DNA from: Desulfobacteraceae bacterium
GTDB lineage: Bacteria > Desulfobacterota > Desulfobacteria > Desulfobacterales > Desulfosalsimonadaceae
Direction: 5' to 3'
DNA: 33,641 nt
Assembly (NCBI GenBank): GCA_024636355.1
Contig: JAGXHH010000037.1
Location: forward strand, 1 to 33,641
The notes beneath the pieces were generated by a model. That model saw only the letters and a program-made list of their open reading frames with translations, was not told where the DNA came from and searched no databases. This document shows positions 22,362 through 29,669 of this stretch, in pieces. Within the stretch, counting starts at the first letter, position 1. Each line of letters opens with the position of its first letter. The position numbers were made by a program, and so were the translations under genes.

Positions 22362-25007
22362 ATGACCGGAAACGAGATTCGGAAAAAATTTTTTGAATAT
22401 TTCAGATCGCGCGGGCATCAGCTCGTCAGGAGTTCTGCGCTGGTGCCGCATGAGGACCCCACCCTGCTGTTCACCAATGCAGGGATGGTCCAGTTCAAGC
22501 GGGTTTTTCTCGGAGAAGAAAAGCGGGATTTTACCCGGGCCGCCACTTCGCAGAAATGCCTCCGGGCCGGGGGCAAGCACAATGATCTGGAAAATGTCGG
22601 GTACACGGCGCGGCATCATACCTTTTTCGAGATGCTGGGCAATTTTTCTTTCGGCGACTATTTCAAGGACCAGGCAATCCGGTTGGCCTGGGACCTTCTG
22701 GTCGACGGCCTGGGATTGCCGGCAGATAAACTGTGGGTGTCGGTTTACCTCGACGACGATGAAGCCTATGATATCTGGGCGCAGCAGATCGGGGTTCCCG
22801 AATCGCGGATCGTCCGGCTCGGTGAAAAGGACAACTTCTGGTCCATGGGAGAGACCGGGCCCTGCGGGCCGTGCTCCGAAATTCATATCGACCGGGGGGC
22901 AGTGTACGGTTGCGGATCGCCCGACTGCAAGGTTGGCTGTGAGTGCGACCGGTACCTGGAAATCTGGAATCTCGTCTTCATGCAGTTCAACCGGGATGAA
23001 ACTGGGAAAATGACCCCGCTGCCCAGGCCGAGCATCGATACCGGAATGGGGCTGGAACGGATCACTGCCGTGCTCCAGGATGTCCCGACCAATTATGATA
23101 CGGATCTGTTCGTTCCGATCATCCGCTCCATTGAGGCAATGTCCGGGCACCGGATGGGTGAAAACCGCCTAAACGATGTGGCCATGAAAGTCATTGCCGA
23201 CCACAGTCGTGCCTCGGCTTTCCTGATCGGCGACGGCGTGCTGCCTTCAAACGAGGGGAGGGGCTATGTGCTGCGCCGGATCATGCGGCGGGCGATCCGT
23301 TACGGCCGGAATATCGGGTTGACGAAACCGTTTCTGCACAAGACGGTGGAACCGGTTTTCGAGAGCATGAAGGAGGCGTACCCGGAACTTCTCGAAGCCA
23401 GTGTCTTTATCACCAATGTGGTGAAAAACGAGGAAATACGGTTCCTGGAAACCCTCGACAACGGGCTCAAACTCCTGTCCCAGACGATTTCGGATATGAA
23501 AGCACAACAGACGGATGTGGTGCCGGGTCCGGTGATTTTCAAGCTTTACGACACCTATGGGTTTCCTGTGGACATCGTGCGCGATGTGGTCCGGGATCAG
23601 GCGTTGACCCTGGATATGGAAGGGTTCAACCAGGCAATGGCCCAACAACGGGAACAGAGCCGATCCGTAGCGACGTTTTCAACCATCAGCGACGCGTACA
23701 GGGAACTTACGACATCTCTCGACAAATTGCCGGAATTCGTCGGATACGATCGACTGGAATCCGATGCAGACATTTTGCTGCTGGTGGTCGACGGTAAGGC
23801 GGCGGACCGTTCCGATGCCGGGCAGGCGGTTGAAGTGGTGACTGAAAAAACACCGTTTTATGCCGCCTCCGGTGGTCAGGTAGGTGATTCGGGAGTTATT
23901 TTCGGCAAAAGTTTCACTATCGCGGTAACCGATACGGTCAAAGATCCCACCGGATTGATCATCCATAAAGGGACGGTGGTTTCGGGTATCGTCTCCAGGG
24001 ATGCACCGGTTCATCTATCAGTTGATGCCGAAAAGCGCGTGGCAACGGCGGCCAACCATACGGCCACCCATATCCTGCACGGGGCCTTGCGGGAAGTAAT
24101 CGGCGAGCACGTGCGGCAGGCCGGTTCCTTTGTGGCACCGGATCGGCTGCGGTTTGATTTTACCCATTTTTCCCAGGTGCCTGCAGAAGATATCGAGCGG
24201 ATCGAAATTCTGGTTAACGAGCGGATCCGGCAGAACGTTTCCGTGAACACGAAAGAAATGGATGCCGAAGAGGCATTTCAGAGCGGCGCTGTTGCCCTGT
24301 TCGAAGAAAAGTACGGCGACCGGGTCCGGGTGGTTTCCCTGGAGCCGTTCAGCCAGGAGTTGTGCGGGGGGACGCATACCAGCCGCACGGGCAATATCGG
24401 CGTTTTCAAGATTGTGTCCGAAACCAGTGTTGCATCCGGAGTGCGCCGTATCGAGGCAATGACCGGGGCGGCTGCGTTTTCCCATCTGCAGCGTGCGGAT
24501 CGGCTGCTGAACGACACGGCCCGGTTGTTGAAAGATCGTCCGGAATCGGTTTACCATCGGGTCGAAACCCTGATGGCCAATTTCAAGGGGCTGGAGAAAA
24601 CCATTGACCAGCTGAAACTCAAGATGGCATCTAAATCTGCGGGGCAGATGGTCGACGACATCCGTAATATCGACGGAATAAAGGTCCTGGCCAAGACCGT
24701 CCAGGCGGACAATCCCGGAGCGCTGCGCAACATTGCCGATCAGTTCAAGGATAAAATGCAGTCCGGCATTGTGGTGCTCGGGGCCCCCAGCGGCGAAAAG
24801 GCTATGATTGTGGTCGCGGTGAGCAGTGACCTGGTCGGCCGGTTTAATGCAGGCAGTCTGATTAAAAAGATCGCTGCCGAAGTCGGCGGCGGCGGCGGCG
24901 GGCGTCCGGATATGGCCCAGGCGGGCGGCTCAAAACCCGAGAACCTGGAAAAAGCCATGGAAAATGCCTACGCGGTCGTGCAGGAAGCGGCTGCGGAAAA
25001 GGGGTAA
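22362..25007 (+). CDS. alaS: alanine--tRNA ligase
   Basis: 881 aa with FTNAGMVQFK, RAGGKHNDLENVG and FFEMLGNFSFGDYFK, editing-domain HTATHIL and CGGTH motifs, and a C-terminal GGGGGGRPDMAQAGG. Confidence 0.97.
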   Translation: MTGNEIRKKFFEYFRSRGHQLVRSSALVPHEDPTLLFTNAGMVQFKRVFLGEEKRDFTRAATSQKCLRAGGKHNDLENVGYTARHHTFFEMLGNFSFGDYFKDQAIRLAWDLLVDGLGLPADKLWVSVYLDDDEAYDIWAQQIGVPESRIVRLGEKDNFWSMGETGPCGPCSEIHIDRGAVYGCGSPDCKVGCECDRYLEIWNLVFMQFNRDETGKMTPLPRPSIDTGMGLERITAVLQDVPTNYDTDLFVPIIRSIEAMSGHRMGENRLNDVAMKVIADHSRASAFLIGDGVLPSNEGRGYVLRRIMRRAIRYGRNIGLTKPFLHKTVEPVFESMKEAYPELLEASVFITNVVKNEEIRFLETLDNGLKLLSQTISDMKAQQTDVVPGPVIFKLYDTYGFPVDIVRDVVRDQALTLDMEGFNQAMAQQREQSRSVATFSTISDAYRELTTSLDKLPEFVGYDRLESDADILLLVVDGKAADRSDAGQAVEVVTEKTPFYAASGGQVGDSGVIFGKSFTIAVTDTVKDPTGLIIHKGTVVSGIVSRDAPVHLSVDAEKRVATAANHTATHILHGALREVIGEHVRQAGSFVAPDRLRFDFTHFSQVPAEDIERIEILVNERIRQNVSVNTKEMDAEEAFQSGAVALFEEKYGDRVRVVSLEPFSQELCGGTHTSRTGNIGVFKIVSETSVASGVRRIEAMTGAAAFSHLQRADRLLNDTARLLKDRPESVYHRVETLMANFKGLEKTIDQLKLKMASKSAGQMVDDIRNIDGIKVLAKTVQADNPGALRNIADQFKDKMQSGIVVLGAPSGEKAMIVVAVSSDLVGRFNAGSLIKKIAAEVGGGGGGRPDMAQAGGSKPENLEKAMENAYAVVQEAAAEKG

Positions 25008-25013
25008 GAGAAG

Positions 25014-25109
25014 GTTCAGGGTTCAAAGTTCAAGGTTCAAAGTTAATCCGTAGGGGCGGACCTGCGTGTCCGCCCTGTCCGGTCAAGGTTCAGGGTACAA
25101 GGTAAGGCC
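25014..25109. repeat. degenerate heptamer tracts (GTTCARR x4 at 25014-25044; KTMARGG-like x4 at 25082-25109) flanking a GC hairpin
   Basis: The first tract is gttcagg gttcaaa gttcaag gttcaaa gtt. Next is the hairpin GGGCGGAC-ctgcgt-GTCCGCCC (25054-25075). The second tract is gtcaagg ttcaggg tacaagg taaggcc. Confidence 0.75.
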
Positions 25110-25125
25110 CAATCCTTTCAAAATA

Positions 25126-25153
25126 GCAGGGGCGACCGGCTGGTCGCCCCTGC
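25126..25153. terminator. strong GC hairpin between the convergent alaS and solute-binding-protein genes (likely bidirectional terminator or REP-like element)
   Basis: GCAGGGGCGACC-ggct-GGTCGCCCCTGC, a perfect 12-bp stem with a 4-nt loop. Confidence 0.6.
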
Positions 25154-25227
25154 CTTACCCCACGGCATTCGCCGAATCAGTATAATTCACCTTTCCAATA
25201 CAGAAGATGAAACTTTTAACGACGCCA

Positions 25228-27006
25228 TCACTGTTTGAATTGCTGGTCGAACCGTATGGTCGTCTCCCTGGGTGCCAGCGGCAGCTGGTTGGTCATGGAA
25301 TCGGATAAGGCTGCGGCGGCATCCGGATCGGACCACCAGTACCATAAGGCAGAGTTTTCCGCCCCATATTTGGACAGCACCGTTGGGGGCGTGCCGAATT
25401 TATTCCAGTACAACAGCCGGATATAATCGATGTTCCACAAAAGAACGTATGGATAGGCATTAAATAGGATCTGATCCATTTCCCGGTAAATATCGTTTCG
25501 TTTCTCAATATCGAAGATTGTTTTTTGTTTTTCGATCATTCCATCAACCACATCATTTTTAAACCCGGTGATGTTGGTGCCGCCGCTGCGATCGGCTTCT
25601 TCAGAAAGCCACATGCTTTCCGGATCCTTGAAAATGCCGGAACTCCATGCGGCCCAGGTCATCTGGTAATTGAATTCGTCCATGTCCCTGGCCCAGGAGG
25701 CCCAGTCCTTTTTGTCAATAACCAGCTCGATGCCCATGTCTTTGAGATCTTCGGCATAGATGGACAGAAATTTTTCAGAGGAGGCATCGCGGGTTAGAAA
25801 TTTGAAGGAAAATCGGCGGCCGTCTTTTTCCAGGTACCCGGTCGCGGAATTGACCTGCCAGCCGGCATCGGCGAGCAATTTGCGGGCGGTTTCCTTATCG
25901 GGTTCGATCAGCGGGTTGGGGCAGGGATTTTCTTCGGTGTACAGATCCTCGAAATAGGACCGGTGCAGGAAATACTGGTTGTACATCAGGGTCCGGTTCA
26001 TCTCACTCCGGTTGAGCAACAGGGCCATCGCCTTTCGTACCCGGGTGTCTTCGAATGGAAAACGACGCAGGTTCATGGCGAATCCCTGGAAACCGACCGG
26101 TTGCTGATTATGAATCTTCTGCTTGATGATGTAATTGTTGAAGAAGTCTGCGCCGCTGGTTTCCTGAATCCAGATACGCGATGTATAAACCGGAAACAGG
26201 TCAATTTTCCCCTTTTTGAAGGCTTGGAAGGCGTTTTCGCGTTCTGCGAAGAATTTAAACGTTACCGTATCGAAGTTGAATCTGTTGCGATAGCGCAATC
26301 GGTCTTTCTGCCACCAGTCGCTGCGGCGATTGAGCTTGATGTGAATGCCTTCTTCCATTGGGCCGGGCCTGTAGGGTCCGGAGAGAACGGGAAATTCGAA
26401 ATTGACTTTGTTGAAATCCTTGTTTTCGAATGCATGTTTCGGCAGGACATTAAATCCCCCGATGGCCAGCATATTTTTCCAGTGGACCGTTTTCGCTGTA
26501 AAAACGATTGTTTTCGGATCGATCACCCGGGGCGGATGAAAGCGTTCCATGCTGATCTTGTGGGGACCGGTGAGGTTTTTCGGATCCATGACGGCATCAT
26601 AGGTATATTTTACATCCTCTGCTGTAATCGGTCTGCCGTCACTCCAGCGGGCTTTCGGATCGAGATGGAACGTAAATGTTTTCTTGTCATCGGAGATGGA
26701 CCATCTCTCGGCGATCCCGGGTTCGTATTCAATAGTGATCGGATTTATCGTCAGCAGCGTTTCATACATGACTCCGAAGACTTCGGCGGAAAGGACGTTG
26801 TTGTCCAGGTAGTAGTTCAGGCTTTTGGGATATTGGCCGCCGAAAACGACGATTTCGCCGCCCTGTACGGCAAGGGGGCTGGCAAGGGGATCCGGCCGGT
26901 CTTTCCAGCCGGCCTTCGGAAACTGTTCGGCGCTGCATACACCGCTTATACTTATTGCCGTTAAAATCGCAATCAGCCAAATATGTATTTTTATAATGCG
27001 TTTCAT
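25228..27006 (-). CDS. ABC-transporter substrate-binding protein, family 5 (peptide/nickel/muropeptide-type), with no cognate permease or ATPase genes in the window
   Basis: 592 aa with an N-terminal signal peptide (IWLIAILTAISISGVCSA). The size and motifs (YPKSLNYY..., WSDGRPITAEDVKYTYD) are typical of SBP_bac_5. AGGAGG is 8 nt upstream of the ATG. Confidence 0.82.
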   Translation of the reverse strand: MKRIIKIHIWLIAILTAISISGVCSAEQFPKAGWKDRPDPLASPLAVQGGEIVVFGGQYPKSLNYYLDNNVLSAEVFGVMYETLLTINPITIEYEPGIAERWSISDDKKTFTFHLDPKARWSDGRPITAEDVKYTYDAVMDPKNLTGPHKISMERFHPPRVIDPKTIVFTAKTVHWKNMLAIGGFNVLPKHAFENKDFNKVNFEFPVLSGPYRPGPMEEGIHIKLNRRSDWWQKDRLRYRNRFNFDTVTFKFFAERENAFQAFKKGKIDLFPVYTSRIWIQETSGADFFNNYIIKQKIHNQQPVGFQGFAMNLRRFPFEDTRVRKAMALLLNRSEMNRTLMYNQYFLHRSYFEDLYTEENPCPNPLIEPDKETARKLLADAGWQVNSATGYLEKDGRRFSFKFLTRDASSEKFLSIYAEDLKDMGIELVIDKKDWASWARDMDEFNYQMTWAAWSSGIFKDPESMWLSEEADRSGGTNITGFKNDVVDGMIEKQKTIFDIEKRNDIYREMDQILFNAYPYVLLWNIDYIRLLYWNKFGTPPTVLSKYGAENSALWYWWSDPDAAAALSDSMTNQLPLAPRETTIRFDQQFKQ

Positions 27007-27012
27007 ATTCGA

Positions 27013-27840
27013 TCAACCTCCTTTTAAAACATCCATCATGGAAAACACCCGTCCGGTTTCCCCCCGGGCAAGCATTCCTGCAAGGAAAATGACGGCATCG
27101 AAAGTTCCCTGTGCATAGATATCCCGGCCGTTGATGTTGTGAACGAAACGAAATGTTGCCGTCTTATCGGGAGATACGAGGGTGTAGGTGTGCCATCCAT
27201 GCCCGGCCAGGTGTTCTTCCGGAATTTCGAGCTGATCTCTCTGAATTTCCGGATCGCGTACCTGGATGATCTGCTCCTGGCCGAAATCGATACCGAGCCG
27301 GTTGAAATACCCGACCATTGCTTTTGCCGTACCACTGGTATCGGCTTTGCCCTGTTGATGGCTTTCCATTATTTCCAGATCGTAATCTGAAAACAGGCCG
27401 GGAAAATTCTCGGCGGCATACGCCATCATGGCCTGGAACCCCACGATCTGTTTGGTCATGTTCGGAGCGATTACCGCACAACCGGCAGACTGCTCGACGA
27501 TTGCCGTAAGTGCCTCCCGGTCGCCTCCGGTAGTCCCCATGACAAATGGGATATGATGGCTGCAGTAGAAGATGACATTGTCGATAACGGCCGACGGGTG
27601 GGTGAAATCAATGGCAATAACATCGTCGCCGAAATCTTTGACGGAAGTTTCGCGCCGGTCCGGGCCGATCAACGCGATCTCCCGTCCGTTGTAAAAATAG
27701 GCGGTATCGGTAATCTCCGGGCCGGTCAATGAATAGGGGACCAGTTCAAAGCGGTTGTCGTCAACGGCATGCCGGACCAGCATTTTTGCAACATTTCCGG
27801 GCAGTCCGTTGATCATTATTTTTTGAGTTCCCATGGGCAA
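27013..27840 (-). CDS. dapB: 4-hydroxy-tetrahydrodipicolinate reductase-like protein (DapB family, variant signature)
   Basis: 275 aa with an N-terminal Rossmann-like IMINGLPGNVAKM, FTHPSA and MGTTG. ESHQQGKADTSGTA corresponds to the DapB signature E-x-H-H-x-x-K-x-D-A-P-S-G-T-A, with substitutions. Confidence 0.7.
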   Translation of the reverse strand: MPMGTQKIMINGLPGNVAKMLVRHAVDDNRFELVPYSLTGPEITDTAYFYNGREIALIGPDRRETSVKDFGDDVIAIDFTHPSAVIDNVIFYCSHHIPFVMGTTGGDREALTAIVEQSAGCAVIAPNMTKQIVGFQAMMAYAAENFPGLFSDYDLEIMESHQQGKADTSGTAKAMVGYFNRLGIDFGQEQIIQVRDPEIQRDQLEIPEEHLAGHGWHTYTLVSPDKTATFRFVHNINGRDIYAQGTFDAVIFLAGMLARGETGRVFSMMDVLKGG

Positions 27841-27916
27841 TATATTCTCCGAGGAATTATTTCATCATAGCAATTATCATTTCGAGCAATTTCGAACAGT
27901 ATATGTCCGGTAAGGT

Positions 27917-29656
27917 TTATTTTAAATCATTTTTTTTAAGGTAGAGGCCTGGTTCAGTTGTTCGGCTATTGAACCGGTCTGTGGCTGTGGCGACAACGGC
28001 GCCGAGTTGCGACAGATGCGGGTCGTCAAGTTGTGCCAGGATGTGCCGGAGTGTGGCCAGGGCGACAGGAATATAGCGTTCGAATTGGGGTTTGTGCTTG
28101 ACCCGGGTCAGGTGCCCGAAGGCGCCGAGCGCCTGGAGCAGTCTGGATACGGCACAATATGTAAACCCTGTGACAAAGCGCTGAGGATCGATGGTTGTGC
28201 AGCCGGCATAGGCGTCAACTGCCATTTGCAGCAGATTTTCCCGGACGGAGTCCGCCAGATCCACGTAAGGATCATACAGCAGAGCGGCCAGATCGTACTG
28301 CACCGGTCCGAAGCGGGCTCCCTGAAAATCGATGAAGCAATACCGACCGTCTTTGAGCATAATGTTTCTGGACTGCATATCCCGATGCATCAGGCCGATG
28401 ACCGCAGTCTCCAGGATCCGATCGGAAAGGTGGCCGAATTCGGACTCCAGGTCGGCAGGTGAAACGGCATCATGTTCCAGATATCCGTTTACGAACGCCG
28501 TAATGAAATATCCGCCTTCTTTATCGATGATCAACTGCCGGTCATAGCGGTCACCCTGGTAGGCCCAGGCCGTATCGAACCCATCGGCACCGGAAATTCC
28601 CATGCGGACCAGTGCCTCGATAACCGGTTTGTAATGGGCGATGATCCGCGCCGGATCCGTTTCGCTTGCGATCACATCCTGCAGAAGGATATCACCGAGA
28701 TCCTCTAAAAATACGAGTCCGGAAAACCGGTCGTGGGCATGGATCTGCGGGACCGGAATGCGGTTTTGGCGGAGATGGTTGCCGATGGCCACATAGGCAT
28801 CGATTTCCCCGATGTCCGGATCGGTCCGGATGCCGTGATCCGCCAGTACCCGTGTGCGCCCATTGCAGGTGATCCGATACCACATGCGGTCCGATCCGTC
28901 ACCTGCGAGCAGTTCCTTTTGAAACGGGTTGCCGGGCGGCCGGTCGCATGCAGCCGTTTTGAAAACCGCCGGCGCCATATGGTCGATGACCGCGTCCCGG
29001 TAGCGTTCGGCAATGCCCAGATCGTTCCAGTAATGCCCCCGGACGATTTCGGCCCTGACTTTCTCACCTTCCCGGATCAGCTGTCGATAGGTGTCGATGC
29101 TGCTGACGAATCCGGAATCGGGGATGTATCGAAAAATGACGGGGTCGACGACCTGGATGCCGGTAAAGGCGAGCACGGCGTCATCCGGTCTTTTCCGGCC
29201 GGAAAATCCCGTGATGAATCCCGCCGAATCGATGCTCACCGTATTGAACTGCTGGTGGTCATGCAGCACCAGGGTGACCGGGAAGGCCCGGGCCAGGTGG
29301 GCCGCATAGATGCGTCGAAGATCGATATCGGTGAGCACATCGCTGTTGATCACCATGAAAGGCGCATCATTTAATATATCGGAAAAGTTTTTGATGGCGC
29401 CGCCGGTGCCGAGGATTTCCGGTTCGAACCGGGTGACGACGGGAACCGGGTAATCCTGCCGGTTCAAAAAGGCGATGATCTGGTCGCTCAGATGATGGGT
29501 GTTTACCGCAATGGCAGTTGCGCCTGCGCAGACCAGTTGACCGATGAGGATATCGATTAAGGGTCGGCCGCCGATCGGAAACAATGGTTTGGGAATGCGT
29601 TCGGTGTGGGGCCGCAGCCGGGTGCCGAATCCCGCAGATAAAATCAGTGCCTTCAT
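27917..29656 (-). CDS. bifunctional nucleotidyltransferase + sugar kinase (fused MurU-like / AmgK-like, candidate MurNAc/GlcNAc recycling enzyme)
   Basis: The N-terminus MKALILSAGFGTRLRPHTERIPKPLFPIGGRPLI is the sugar-1-phosphate nucleotidyltransferase signature. The C-terminal half has aminoglycoside-phosphotransferase-type kinase motifs (HRDMQSRNIMLKDGRYCFIDFQGARFGPVQYDLAALL). Confidence 0.72.
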   Translation of the reverse strand: MKALILSAGFGTRLRPHTERIPKPLFPIGGRPLIDILIGQLVCAGATAIAVNTHHLSDQIIAFLNRQDYPVPVVTRFEPEILGTGGAIKNFSDILNDAPFMVINSDVLTDIDLRRIYAAHLARAFPVTLVLHDHQQFNTVSIDSAGFITGFSGRKRPDDAVLAFTGIQVVDPVIFRYIPDSGFVSSIDTYRQLIREGEKVRAEIVRGHYWNDLGIAERYRDAVIDHMAPAVFKTAACDRPPGNPFQKELLAGDGSDRMWYRITCNGRTRVLADHGIRTDPDIGEIDAYVAIGNHLRQNRIPVPQIHAHDRFSGLVFLEDLGDILLQDVIASETDPARIIAHYKPVIEALVRMGISGADGFDTAWAYQGDRYDRQLIIDKEGGYFITAFVNGYLEHDAVSPADLESEFGHLSDRILETAVIGLMHRDMQSRNIMLKDGRYCFIDFQGARFGPVQYDLAALLYDPYVDLADSVRENLLQMAVDAYAGCTTIDPQRFVTGFTYCAVSRLLQALGAFGHLTRVKHKPQFERYIPVALATLRHILAQLDDPHLSQLGAVVATATDRFNSRTTEPGLYLKKNDLK

Positions 29657-29669
29657 TTAAAATCCGGTC

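Noticed and set aside
25014-25109. Short tandem heptamers and hairpins considered as a possible CRISPR array or minisatellite
   Set aside because: The repeat unit is only 7 nt with no spacers, and there are no cas genes. It is reported as an intergenic repeat instead.
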